Part shown: positions 1 through 11,149 of the stretch, in pieces
Layout: every line of letters begins with the position of its first letter
Position numbering within the stretch: position 1 is the first letter of the stretch
Assembly (NCBI GenBank): GCA_963789315.1
Contig: CAWBKI010000007.1
Location: 16,012 to 80,011 of the forward strand
DNA length: 64,000 nt
Direction: 5' to 3'
Source: an uncultured Gemmatimonadaceae bacterium
GTDB taxonomy: Bacteria > Gemmatimonadota > Gemmatimonadetes > Gemmatimonadales > Gemmatimonadaceae
Translations under genes and position numbers: made by a program
Notes under the pieces: model-generated
What the model was told of the DNA's origin: nothing
The model's input: the letters and a program-made list of their open reading frames with translations, nothing else
Database searches by the model: none

Positions 1-325
1 GGCACCGACGGCGCGTCAACGAATGCTGGCCGAGTTCGAAGAGCGAAGGGCCCTGGGAATCGGTCACTTCATGGATTCAACCCAAATCGGGCGATTCAAC
101 ACAGTGCAGAATGCGCTCTCGATGATGGGAGACGGTTGCAGCATGTACATCGACGGCATCAAGTACGGCGCGCGGGACGCCGCCGTGGAGCTGCGAACGA
201 GGAATCCGCTAAGCATCGCGATGATCGAGACACACGCCAAATGGGACCCCAGTGCTCCGCTACAGTATTCCGTATTGTCGAACTGCGGCGTGACGCTCAT
301 CTGGACCAAGGCGTGGCTACCCTAG
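1..325 (+). CDS. Carboxypeptidase-regulatory-like / plug-like secreted protein, C-terminal fragment (5' end outside window)
   Basis: Frame is open from nt 2 (APTARQRMLAEFEERRALGIGHF...CGVTLIWTKAWLP*). It is co-linear with the last ~105 aa of the 49850..51238(-) protein (TARQRMLAEFEERKALGIGHF...VVLVWTKNWLP*), so it is a paralogue. Confidence 0.7.
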   Translation, partial: APTARQRMLAEFEERRALGIGHFMDSTQIGRFNTVQNALSMMGDGCSMYIDGIKYGARDAAVELRTRNPLSIAMIETHAKWDPSAPLQYSVLSNCGVTLIWTKAWLP

Positions 326-326
326 C

Positions 327-1067
327 TCAGAAGGCGCCCAGTCTCCGCGGTTGCGGCCGCTGCACCGCGTGCGCGTGCGTCCGCCTCATCCCCGGCCCCA
401 CACGAAGATGATGACTCACCGTATCGGGAACGACGAGCCAGAGCATCGTCCCGATGAGCGCGTGCGCGAACGCCAGGAAAAACAGATTGCGATGCCGCTG
501 GTACGCGAACGCCGCCACCGTCCCACCGACGAGCGTCACGCCCATCAACAGCGGATTCGGCACGTGCGCCGCGGCGAACATCATACCCGCCATCGGCGCC
601 ACGAGAAACTGGTATCTCCCATCGAACGACGCCTGGAGCCGATTCGCGAAGTAGCCGTTCAATAGATACTGCTGAAAGAGCGCCCAGAAGCAGTAGCCAA
701 TGAGCACGCCCGCGACTCTCCACGCCGCCACGTCGCGCACGGTATCGAACGCGAAGCCGGCGATCACTCCCGCTGCCGCGACGACAAGCACCGGAATCGC
801 GAAGCGCCGCGCGCACTCGATGAATCCGGCTCGTCTGAGGCCGAGTTCAGCCGGCGACTCGCCGCGCACGGCGTGCGACAGCAGCACGATGGCCAGCAAA
901 ACCATCCACGACCAGTGGACGCGCGCCTGGAGATACCAGATGTACGCGAGCAGGAGGAAGAAAATCGTTCCCGCTTCCAGCGCGTGGACCATCGGACCGA
1001 TCGGCTGAACCGCCGATCGTATGGCCAAGGACGGCGACCGCACCTGCATGGCTGCTACTCCCAACAA
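327..1067 (-). CDS. Polytopic membrane protein, CPBP (CAAX protease)-like with degenerate first motif
   Basis: Uninterrupted 246-codon ORF with several hydrophobic helices. The motif order FWALFQQYLLNGYF ... FAAAHVPN ... FAHALIG mirrors CPBP motifs EExxxR / FxxxH / HxxxN-D, but the Glu pair is Gln-Gln. The start may be an internal Met (MVHALEAG). Confidence 0.55.
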   Translation of the reverse strand: MLGVAAMQVRSPSLAIRSAVQPIGPMVHALEAGTIFFLLLAYIWYLQARVHWSWMVLLAIVLLSHAVRGESPAELGLRRAGFIECARRFAIPVLVVAAAGVIAGFAFDTVRDVAAWRVAGVLIGYCFWALFQQYLLNGYFANRLQASFDGRYQFLVAPMAGMMFAAAHVPNPLLMGVTLVGGTVAAFAYQRHRNLFFLAFAHALIGTMLWLVVPDTVSHHLRVGPGMRRTHAHAVQRPQPRRLGAF

Positions 1068-1109
1068 TGGATCCGTCCTCGCACGGGAGCGAGGCCGGAT
1101 CCGACGACG

Positions 1110-2143
1110 TCATCGACGCAACAGAATCACCCACACCGCGTCCACGAGCGCGTGCGTTATCGCGGACGCGGTCACCTTTCCCGTGCGAACGTACACCAAC
1201 CCGTAGGCGACGCCGGCGATCGTCGCCAACACCGCGTAGCGCGGGTCGGGGAGGTGCGACAACCCGAAGATCACCGAGCCGATCGCGAGCCCGAGCGGAA
1301 CCCCGAGCCGGCGCGATAAGAGATTCTGAATCAAGCCGCGGAAGAGGAACTCTTCGGGCACGGCAGTGACGAGATAGATGATGATGGGCTGAAGCAGCAG
1401 GCCCGGCGCAGCAGCGCGCGGATTCCACGTGATGAAGTGCGTCGCTGAACCCGATCGGAAGAGCGATCGCGGCATAGCCCAGCGAACACGAGCACCGCCG
1501 TCGTCGCATCACGCCGCGTGAGCGACCAGCGGTAGCCGACGCCCTCGAGCGGGCGCGCGACGAGAAAGAAGTACAGGCCGGCGACGAGCCCGACGAGACG
1601 CGACGCGTCGTAGCCGCCTGGCGCGGGCACGGGCAGCGTCGGGAGCAAATGATATTTGACGCCCACGCCGAGGCTCGCCGCGGCGGCCAGCTCGCGCCAC
1701 GGGAGTTGGCCCGGCTTGGCTTGACCGGTGGCGAAGATCAGCGACGGAATCGCGAGGTAGACCGCGAACGCGAGAGCGCGGTCTCCGACCGACAATCCGG
1801 CCGCGGCGGCGTAGAGCACGCACGCCGTCCACAACACGACAGGTCCGGCGACGATGCGAACAGATGCGCGCGGAAACGCGTCGCTCAGTCGGCGCGTGAC
1901 GTCGGGAACGCCGAGCGCGATGTAGCCGCCGGCGAGCAGCGCGAAGAGAGCGAGCGGCAGAGGCCGGGCCAGCCGGGCGCCGTGCGCGTTCGCCGTGAAA
2001 TACGCGACGAGCGCCAACCCGAACAGCACCGCGGCGACCGCGGCCTCGCGGCTCCAGCTCCCCTTGGAGGAAGCCGGCGAATCCAGAACAACGACGCCTT
2101 CAGTCACTCGAGCTCCATCCTGCTTGAACACCTTCACTCGCAA
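1110..2143 (-). pseudogene. CPBP family intramembrane glutamic endopeptidase (CAAX protease-like), frame-disrupted
   Basis: The N-terminal membrane half is in ORF 1331..2143(-). The catalytic half is in ORF 1110..1475(-) with canonical motifs PEEFLFRG, FGLSHLP and HALVD. A bridging helix (SLGYAAIALPIGFS) reads in the third frame (ORF 847..1512), so two 1-nt indels are inferred between ~1440 and ~1495. Confidence 0.75.
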
Positions 2144-2180
2144 TACAATCCTCGAGAGATCGGCGCGGAGCGCTATGGTA

Positions 2181-5100
2181 CTACGGTACTATGGTCGTGA
2201 CGCCGTTCTTCTTCAGCAGCGCGCTGAACGCCGGCGCCTCCACGTCGACGATCTTCTTGTACTCGGCGGCGATCGCCGCCAGCTCCTGCTTGAACTCGGC
2301 ATTCACGGCGAGCTGCTGCGCCGTCGGTCCGATGTCGCCGCCGCTGCTGCCGCTGCCCGGCGTGCCTACCATCGGGCCGATCATCCAACTGATCCGCTCG
2401 TAGAGTTGCACGGGTTTCCGGAACGCGTCCTCGCTCGGCCCGGTGTTCCGCAGGTCGATCAGCTTGCTCTCGACGGCGCTCACCTTCGCGTCAAACGCCT
2501 TCGCCGCCTCGGCGACGGCGCCCTTCGCGGCGTCAGGTACCGCGGCTTTCGTTGCATCACCGGCGATTGACGCCTCGGCGTCCTGCGCCTCCTTCCGCAA
2601 CGCCTCCATCTCGATTCCCCATCTTCGCCGCCGAGTCGATCTCGGCGAGTACTTCGCGCACGAACGCGACTTGCGCGCGAATCGTCTGCAGGCGTCCCCG
2701 GAGAATGTGGATCGGGCAGCACGCGTGAGCTCCGTCGTTTTTTCCGCGGCGCCCGCCTTCACGTGCACCGTGTACGACGCCGGGCGGCACGATCGGTCCC
2801 GCGGGCGGAATGCGCGTGCCGTATGCCGCGTAGTTCCGTCGCGCCGGCGCCCATGGCTCGTCGAGCGGCGGCACCTGCATCACGATCGTCGAGCCGGACT
2901 CGTAGCGCAGATCCCACCACACGCGATTCAGTCCCGGGTGTCCGGCCACGGTGAGCGTGCGAATGGCGGCATTGCCTGGTCCCGTGATCGACACCTTCAC
3001 GTTCGGCGTTTCGCTCTTGAGCGAGAAGTCGATGTCCGCGCCGTACTGCGCGTTCTCGCCGACGACGTGCGGGTCGACGTCCCCTTCGCGGCGCGTCGTT
3101 CGTCTGTCGGAACCGGTACGCCGGGCGCGTCGCGAAGAGATGGAAGTCCTCCGACTGCGCCGCGTCCCACGTCGCGCAGCGGCGTGACGTCGTCGAGGAT
3201 GTAGACGCCGCGGCCGTGCGTGCCGATCACGAGATCGTTGAACGTCGACTGTACCTGCATCCAGTAGATCGGCGCGGGCGGCAGGTCGTTGCGCACATGG
3301 GTCCAGTGCTCGCCGTCGTCCCACGTGACGTACAGTGCGTTGTCGGTGCCGAGGTAGAGCATGCCGCGGCGCACGGGATCCTCGACGATGATGTGCGCGT
3401 TCGAGTTGACGCCCTTCGGCACGCTCGCCGAGATGAGCTTCCACGTCGCGCCGTAGTCGGTGGTCTTGTAGACCCGCGCGTCGTAGTCGGCCTGATGCTG
3501 CAGGTTCACGACGACGTACGCGGTCGCCGCGTCGAAGCGAGATGGCGCGACGCTCCACACCGTGCCCCACGGCGGCAGGTTCGGGATGTTCTTCGTGACG
3601 TTCGTCCAGTGCAGCCCGCCGTCCTGCGTGACGTTCACCTGTCCGTCGTCGCTCCCCGTCCAGATCACGCCGGCGCCTTCTTTCGCCGGCGACTCGGCGA
3701 TGACGTACAGCGTGCCGCCGTCGAACGTCGTGAGGTTGTCGGCCGAGATGCCGCCGGAATTCTGCTGGTGCGATTTGGTGTTCGTCGTGAGGTCGGGGCT
3801 GATCGGCTTCCAGCTCTGGCCGCCGTCGGTCGTCATGAACACCACCTGCGCACCGGCGTAGACGCGGTTGTGGTCGTGCGGCGAGATGGCGAGCGGCGTG
3901 ATCCAGTCCCACCGATACTTCATGTCGGCCGGCGCCCAGCCGTAGCTCGTGATGGGCCAGGGGCTCACGTCGCGCGCCATGCCCGTTTTGTAATCCATGC
4001 GCACGATGCGTCCGTTGTCGCATCCCGACCAGACGACGTCGGGGTTGGCCGGATCGGGCACGGCGAACGCGTCCTCGCAGCCGCCGGTGTTCTGCCAGTT
4101 GCTGAGCGGAATGCCGCCTCGCCCGCCGCCGGTGCGCGACGGTCCGCGGAACGACGACTTGTCCTGGATGTTGCCCATCACGTTGTACGGAATCGCGTTG
4201 TCGGCGATCACGTGATAGACCTGCGAGATCGGCAGCAAGAAATGCTTGTAGCTCGCCGCGCGATTGTCGCTGATGGCGACGCCCGCGTCGTTGGCGACGA
4301 GCACGCGGTTGGCGTTGCGTCGGGTCGATCCACACGTCGTGGTTGTCGCCGCCGGGCGCCGAGATCACCGGTCCCGCGGGCGCTCCGCCGCCGGCTCCAC
4401 GTCCGCGGCCGCCACCACCCCCGCCGCCGCCACCGCCACCGCCGGCTTGAAAGACTGTCGTGCCGCCGTCGCGCGACATCGTGAACGCGACCGACGGGAA
4501 GTAGAGCAAATTCTCATCGTCAGGCGACACCGCCATTCGCGTGTAGTACGGCGAGCGCTCGCCCGGCAAGATGCGATTGATTCACCAACTGCCACGTCTC
4601 GCCGCGATCGTTCGAGCGATAGAGTCCGGGCGCCGGCGCATCCTGCACGAGCGCGTAGACACGATTCGGATTGCTCGGCGCGATGGCGACGGCGATCTTG
4701 CCGAGCGGGTGGTCCGCCGGAGGAAGTCCGTGTCCCGCGATGCGCGTCCAGTTCGCGCCGCCGTCGTGCGTGACGTACACGCCGCTCCCAAGGCCGCCGC
4801 TGTGCAGATCCCAGCGGTGGATGTCGAGCTGCCACATGCCGGCGAACATCGTCTTCGAGTCGTTCGGGTCCATCGCCAGGTCGGAGCAGCCCGTGCTGTC
4901 GTTGACCGCGAGCACCTGCGTCCATGTCGTGCCGCCGTCGCTCGTGTGGAAGACGCCGCGCTCGCGCTGCGGACGAAACGCCTGGCCGATCGCGCAGACA
5001 AATACGGAGTTGGCGTCGTGCGGATCGATGACGACGCGCGCGATGTGGCCTGTCTCGTCCAATCCCATGTGCTGCCACGTGCGGCCGGCGTCGGACGATT

Positions 5101-5507
5101 TGTAGACGCCGTCGCCGAGCGTGTAGTACGGACGAATGAGCCAAGGCTCTCCCGTTCCGGCCCAGATCACGTCGTGCGCCGACGGAGCCACGGCCAGCGC
5201 GCCGATCGCTGAGACGTCTTTGTCGTCGAAGACCGGAGTCCAGTTGATGCCGGCGTCCGACGTCTTCCAGATGCCGCCGTCGGCGGCGCCGATGTAGACC
5301 GTCATTCGATCGCCGGGCACGCCGGTGATCGACGGCGACGCGATTGCCTTCGGGGCCGAGTGCTCGGAAGTGAAGCGCGCCAAGCCCGTCGGGGCCGCCG
5401 TTGCTCCGGGCCGGTGCCTGGCCGCGACCTCGTTGGGCGTTCGCGGTTGCGCCGAGGGCAACAAGAAACGTGAGGAGAGCGATTGACGATGAGTTGAGGC
5501 GAGGCAT
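2181..5507 (-). pseudogene. Sortilin/VPS10-type BNR (Asp-box) repeat glycosyl-hydrolase-like secreted protein (~1100 aa), multiply frame-disrupted
   Basis: Signal peptide MPRLNSSSIALLTFLVALGATANAQ lies in the frame of ORF 4365..5540. Nine clear Asp-boxes (TSDAGINW, SSDAGRTW, TSDGGTTW, THDGGANW, SNDRGETW, TTDGGQSW, TQDGGLHW, TTDYGATW, TWDDGEHW) plus a degenerate one (SRDGGTT) are spread over ORFs 4520..5857, 2557..4569 and 2997..4304. The C-terminal tail continues in ORFs 2480..2722 and 2181..2768. Continuity needs ~9 frame changes (near 5336, 4570, 4315, 3150, 3085, 2775, 2725, 2695, 2618). Confidence 0.8.
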
Positions 5508-5585
5508 CGGCTGCTCCAAATCGGTTGGAATTGATGGCACGAGTGTGCGCCGGCGTACGCGACGGGCGCAAGTAGACTGGCGTTT

Positions 5586-6857
5586 CTACACGGCGAGATC
5601 GCGCCCTTTCGTTTCGCCCGACATTCCGAGAGCGGCGAGTCCCGGTGCGGCCATTGCCGCCGCGTACAAAGAAACCGGAATCGTCGACCCATAACGGTTG
5701 AGCAGCGCGACGCCGATGAGCGGAGCCAGCGCGCCCGTGAAGACCGTCGCGAACTGATAGCCGATCGAGAAGCCGGTGTACCGCGTCCTCGTCGGAAACA
5801 GCTCGACGAAGAACGCCGACATTCCGCCGACGATGATGCCATGGAACACGCCGCCAACCGCCGCGGCGGCCATGATCACCGTCGTGCTGCCGCTCGCCAT
5901 CGCCGGAAAGAGGATGAACGACCACGCCGCCGCGCCGACCAATCCGAACGCCGTGACCGGCAACCGTCCAACACGATCCGATAGCGCGCCCGCCGCGAAG
6001 ATCGCGACGACGTCGGCGACCGAACCAACCGCCGCCGCCTCCAATGCCAACGTCCGCGGCTGATGCAGCACGCGCGTGACGTACACGATGAAGAACGTCG
6101 TGAACACATAGAACAGCGCGTTCTCCGCCGCCTTCACCAACAGCACGGTCAAAACGGATCGCCACTGCGCGAGAAGCGTCCGGCCGAGTGCGTCGCCCTT
6201 CGTCTGCGCCCGCCGCTCGGCGTACGCGCGATACAGCGGCGACTCGGCCACTCGCGTCCGCATCCATATCCCGACGCCGATCAGCAAACCCGACGCGAGG
6301 AACGCGAGTCGCCATCCCCAATCGGCAAACGCCGCGTCGCCCAGCGACACGCCGAGCAGCGCGAGCACCGCCGCCGACAACACGTTGCCCGCCGGCCCGC
6401 CGATCATCGGCCACGCCGTCCAGTATCCACGACGCTCCGCGGGCAGACTCTCGGCGACGAGCAGCAGCGCGCCGCCGACCTCGCCACCGACGGCGAACCC
6501 CTGAATGAGCCGCAGCACGACGAGCAGCACCGGCGCCAACACGCCGATCGACGCATAGCCCGGGAGCAGTCCGACACCCATCGTCGCGATTCCCATCAGC
6601 ATGAGACTCCAGACGAGAATTCGCTTTCGCCCATAGCGGTCGCCGAGCACGCCGAATACGACACCGCCCAACGGCCGCGTGACGAATCCGATCGCGTACG
6701 TCATCAGCGAAAGCAGAACGCCGTTGAGCGGATCCGCCGTGGGGAAAAACACGCGGTCGAATACGAGCGCCGCCGCCGACGCGAAGACGAAGAAGTCGTA
6801 CCACTCGACGAGCGAACCGATCGAGCTGGAGAACAGCAGCCTGCGGACGCTGGTCAT
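5586..6857 (-). CDS. MFS transporter, metabolite:H+ symporter (MHS)-like
   Basis: The real start is the ATG at 6857 (MTSVRRLLFSSSIGSLVEWYDFF...). The 142 upstream codons of ORF 5586..7283 are Arg/Gly-rich and overlap the hydrolase gene. The protein has a 12-TM pattern and a GDRYGRK loop motif. Its ATG overlaps the stop of the upstream hydrolase gene (ATGA). Confidence 0.85.
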   Translation of the reverse strand: MTSVRRLLFSSSIGSLVEWYDFFVFASAAALVFDRVFFPTADPLNGVLLSLMTYAIGFVTRPLGGVVFGVLGDRYGRKRILVWSLMLMGIATMGVGLLPGYASIGVLAPVLLVVLRLIQGFAVGGEVGGALLLVAESLPAERRGYWTAWPMIGGPAGNVLSAAVLALLGVSLGDAAFADWGWRLAFLASGLLIGVGIWMRTRVAESPLYRAYAERRAQTKGDALGRTLLAQWRSVLTVLLVKAAENALFYVFTTFFIVYVTRVLHQPRTLALEAAAVGSVADVVAIFAAGALSDRVGRLPVTAFGLVGAAAWSFILFPAMASGSTTVIMAAAAVGGVFHGIIVGGMSAFFVELFPTRTRYTGFSIGYQFATVFTGALAPLIGVALLNRYGSTIPVSLYAAAMAAPGLAALGMSGETKGRDLAV

Positions 6858-7808
6858 CGCAGCTCGTTCAGGAACCTCATCACCTCCGGCCAGACGACCT
6901 CCGGCCGCTCGGCGTAGAGCATGTGCGCCGCGTGAGGAACGCGAACCAGACGGCTGCCGGGAATCATGGTCCACTCGGCGACCATGTCCATCGGGATCGC
7001 GTCCTCTTCGCCGTGCACGATCAACGTCGGGACGTGGAGCGTGGCGAGCGCCGGCCGCAGATCCCAATCGCCGTACGATGCCATGATGACGCCGTTCGTC
7101 GTCCTCAGCCCATAGCGAATTCCCGCCGGATCCGACGCGCAGAGGTCGGAGTGAATCCGCGACACCGACGCCGGGTCGGCCACGCGCGGACGAAGTCCGG
7201 CCGCCCAGTAGTCGCGACACGCTTGGCGAATGTTCTCGCCCGCGGCGAGCCGTCGGTTCGCGTCCGCCGCCTTCGCGCTCCACGCGCTGTCCATCCGAGT
7301 CCGCATCGTTTTTCCGAAGCGCTGCCAGAAGTCGCCTCGATGCGGCGGGACCGCACCGAGGAGGACCATCGCGCGGACATGTTCAGGGTGCGCGATCGCG
7401 TACGACGCGGCGAGGAGCGGGCCGTACGAATGCAGCGACGAGAATGACACGATCGAGCTTGAAGTGGCGTCGAATGGCGTCGAGGTCGGCGACTTGCGCC
7501 GCAGCCGTGAGAACCGTCGTGTCGCGCGGCAGTGTCGAGCGGCCGGCGCCGCGTTGGTCGTAGAAGATCACGACATGGTTCTCGGCGAGCGGCGTGAAGT
7601 CGCCGTAGATGCTCTCGAGATCGACGCCGGGGCCGCCGTGCACGGCGATGATCGTGTCGCGTCCGCGGCCGACGACGCGATAGAAGAGGCGGACCGAGTC
7701 GGTCGAGGCGACGTAGCCTTCGTTGGGCTTCTGGGCGCCGGCGCGCGAGACCGAAATGGCCACAAGGGCCGCGAGCGCGGTCGCGAGGATGCTTTGTCGA
7801 GTGGTCAT
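6854..7808 (-). pseudogene. Alpha/beta hydrolase (proline iminopeptidase-like), one frameshift
   Basis: The N-terminal part is ORF 7383..7808 (signal peptide, HGGPG oxyanion motif). The C-terminal part is ORF 6854..7450 (nucleophile elbow AHSYG, HGEEDAIP, PHAAHM). The junction LVA|HSYG needs removal of one base near 7433. Confidence 0.8.
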
Positions 7809-7860
7809 GTGATATAGCTAACCCGGTCCCGCCGGAAGCTGGAGCTAAGTTGAGTACAAC

Positions 7861-8337
7861 ATGAAGCGCGAGCCAACCCTTCACCTCATCGTCGGTCTTC
7901 CAGGAGCGGGAAAGACGACGCTGGCCCGCCGGCTCGGGCGAGATCTTCGTGCCCTCCGCTTGACGCCCGACGACTGGATCACGACGCTGTACGGCGCGAT
8001 CGCCCAGTCAGCCGGCTCTCGATGCCGCGCGCGATCCCGTGGAGCGACTCCAGTGGAGGTCGCGGCGAGAGCGCTCGAGCTAGGAGTGAGTGTGGTGCTC
8101 GACTTCGGCTTCTGGTCGCGTGAGGAGCGCGAGCTCTTTCGAAGGCGGGCAGCCGCCCTGGGCGCGCGAACACAAGTGCACGCCTTGATCGTACCGCTCG
8201 ATGAGCTCTGGCCGCGCGTGGAACGGCGCAACCGCGCGCTGCCGCCCGGCGCGTTTCACGTCACGCGCGAGCAGCTCGAAAAATGGTGGTCCCTGTTCGA
8301 GGCGCCCTCGGACGATGAGCTTGACGCGCAGGTATAG
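7861..8337 (+). CDS. Small P-loop kinase/ATPase (AAA_33 / zeta-toxin-like fold)
   Basis: Walker A GLPGAGKTT at the N-terminus, and a VVLDFGFWSREER motif typical of this family. The ORF is uninterrupted, but residues ~50-66 read better in the +1 frame (PALDAARDPVERLQW); see findings. Confidence 0.7.
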   Translation: MKREPTLHLIVGLPGAGKTTLARRLGRDLRALRLTPDDWITTLYGAIAQSAGSRCRARSRGATPVEVAARALELGVSVVLDFGFWSREERELFRRRAAALGARTQVHALIVPLDELWPRVERRNRALPPGAFHVTREQLEKWWSLFEAPSDDELDAQV

Positions 8338-8397
8338 AGTCGTCTGCGGCAGCCCGCATGGTATCATCGCTCGCGCCGAGCCGCGGTTGAGCGTAGC

Positions 8398-11065
8398 TTG
8401 GTGCCCGTGGCGACGCCGCCCTTCCCAACCGATCGACTGAGTTCCGCGTTCGCCGACCGCTACCGAATCGAGCGGGAGCTGGGCGCCGGCGGCATGGCCA
8501 CCGTCTACCTCGCCGCGGACCTCAAGCACGATCGCAAGGTCGCGATCAAGGTGCTCAAGCCGGAGCTCGCCGCCGTGCTCGGCGCCGAGCGGTTCGCCGT
8601 CGAGATCAAGACGACGGCGTCGCTCCAGCATCCGCACATCCTGCCGCTGTTCGACTCCGGCACGGCCGACGGACTGCCGTTCTACGTCATGCCCTACGTC
8701 CAGGGCGAGACGCTTCGCCAGAAGCTCGACCGCGAGACGCAATTCGGCATCGACGAGGCGGTGCGCATCGCGCGCGAGGTGGCCGACGCGCTCGACTACG
8801 CGCATCGGCACGGCGTCGTCCATCGCGACATCAAGCCCGAGAACATTCTGCTGCACGACGGCCGCGCCGATGGTGGTGGACTTCGGCATCGCGCTCGCCG
8901 TCTCCGCGGCGGCGGGCGGCCGGATGACCGAGACCGGCCTCTCGCTCGGCACGCCGCACTACATGTCGCCCGAACAGGCGACGGCCGACAAGGAGATCAC
9001 CGGCCGATCGGACATCTACTCGCTCGGCAGCGTGTTGTACGAGATGCTGGCCGGACAGCCGCCGCACGTCGGCGGCTCGGCGCAGCAGATCATCATGAAG
9101 ATCATCGCCGAGCCGGTGCAGCCGGTGACGCAGTATCGGAAATCGGTGCCGGCCAACGTCTCCGCCGCTCTCGACAAGGCGCTGGAGAAGCTGCCGGCCG
9201 ATCGTTTCGAGAATGCGAAAGCCTTCAGTGAAGCGCTGGCCAACGCGACGTTTACGACCACGGGTGCCGCGAGGCCCGTGCGTGCCGCAGCTCAAGCGCA
9301 CGGCGGCGTGTGGCGCGGCGCGTTCGTCGCGACGGCTGCTGTCGCGCTTCTCACGACAATCGGCTTCGTATGGGCGTTGCGCCGGCCGACTGTCGTGCCC
9401 GACGAGCCGGTGGTGCGCGTGGTTGTTGATCTGCAACCGGGCGAACGGCTGCCCTCCGGCAACCTTGGATCGGTCGTCGCCATCTCGCCGCAAGGCGACC
9501 GCCTTGTGTACGGGGCGATGGGGACGGGCGGCACGCGCCTGATGATCAGGCGCACCGGGGAGACGACCGCCCGCGAGCTGACCTCCGCGGTGGGGTGGCA
9601 GCCCGCCTTCTCGCCCAACGGTAAGTGGATCGCGTATACGGACGGCAATCAAATCAAGAAGATCTCGGCCGATGGCGGATCGATCTCGCTGGTGGCTACC
9701 ATCTCCAACACCGCGGTTCGTGGTCTCTGCTGGGCCGGGAGCGACACCATCCTGCTCGGATCGGACGCTGGACTGCTCGCGGTCTCGAGCCGGGGAGGCA
9801 CGCCACATCGCGTTCTCGAGGTGGATTCGACCGCCGCCGTTGTGTATCCGGTGATGCTCCCCGATGGGAAGACGGTTGCGTACACCATCGGCGGCACAGC
9901 TCGTACGCGACGAATCGCGGTGACATCGCTCGCGTCGCACCACACGACGGTGCTCGAGACGGCCGCCGCGGTTGCGCTGGGAATGCGCGACGGGCACCTG
10001 CTGTACGTGACGAGCGCCGGTGAATTGGACGCGGTGCCGTTCGATCTGGACGGGCAGCACGTGAGCGGCGATCCGATCCAACTCGAGAGCGGCGTACGGA
10101 TCACTGGTCCGGGCGCGGCGTACGCGTCCCTTTCCGCAAATGGGTCGCTGTGGTACGTGAGCGGAGAGTCGACGAATCATCTCGTGCGTGCGGCGATGGG
10201 TCGGCCGGACGTGCCACTGATCGACGACGCGCGCGGGTTCAGGAATCCGCGCTTGTCTCCCGATGGGCGGAAAATCGCCGTCGAGGTGACCGAGGCGAAG
10301 GGCAACAACATCTGGTTGTACGATCTTGCCGCCAAGACCCTCACGCCGCTCACTAACGACGGCGGCAGCGTCCCCGAATGGTCGGGAGACGGAAAGCGCG
10401 TCCTCTACAGGTCGACCGGCCACGGCGGAAAGTTCGCCGTCGACTGGCTGCCCGCGGACGGGAGCGCCGCGCCCGAGTTGCTATATCAACCGGACGAAGC
10501 GATCAACGAGGCCCTCTTATCGCAGGACGGTAAGTGGCTGATCTATCGAACGGCCCCCGGCCTCCACAACCGCGACATCTTCGCCGTTCCACTCGATGGA
10601 GACCGCAAGCCAATCCTTCTCGTGGGCGGGCCGGCACACGAGTCGCATCCGCGCCTGTCGCCCGACGGAAAGTGGATGGCGTATCAGTCGAACGAGAGCG
10701 GCCGATTCGAGATATACGTGCGACCCTTTCCCGGCAACGGCCCTCGCGTCCAGGCAAGCAACAATGGCGGGCAGGAGCCCGTCTGGGCACGGACGGGCAA
10801 CACGATTTTCTATCGAACGCCGACCGGCGGCCTCGAATCCGCCGTCGTGACGCGCGGGGCGACGATCACGTTTGGAGACCGTCGCGCCGCGCTGCCACCG
10901 GCTGACTACCTGGATGACATAACGCATGCGAGCTACGACGTCTGGCCGGACGGCAGCGGATTCCTGATGGTGAAACCGGTGGGCGGGGACGACCGACCGA
11001 TTCTCGTACACAACTGGGGGCGGTTGCTGCGCGAAAAGTTCGCCGCGGGCAGCGCTTCCAAGTAG
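8398..11065 (+). pseudogene. Ser/Thr protein kinase fused to TolB-like WD40 beta-propeller, one frameshift
   Basis: Kinase motifs GAGGMATVYLA, VAIK and HRDIKPENILL are in ORF 8398..9231. DFGIA and GTPHYMSPE are in ORF 8870..11065, followed by a TM helix and repeated SPDGK/PDGK propeller blades. One extra base near 8866-8869 separates LHDGRA from MVVDFGIA. Confidence 0.85.
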
Positions 11066-11149
11066 GACCCGAGCGCACAACCTGTGCTCATCGTTTGCCG
11101 CCGATGGGGTCCGCGGCGACGCCTTCCTTCGTGATCCCCACCGGCTGAA

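Noticed and set aside
5302-6804. 500-aa ORF antisense to the MFS transporter gene. Similar long ORFs include 322..816(-), 19955..21109(-), 25822..26976(-), 29178..30665(-), 29375..31531(+), 32288..34021(-), 35553..36953(-), 60562..61689(-) and 61717..63309(-).
   Set aside because: These ORFs are Arg/Gly/Ala/Pro-rich with no recognisable motifs, and each overlaps a well-supported gene in another frame or strand. They are typical shadow ORFs of very GC-rich DNA.
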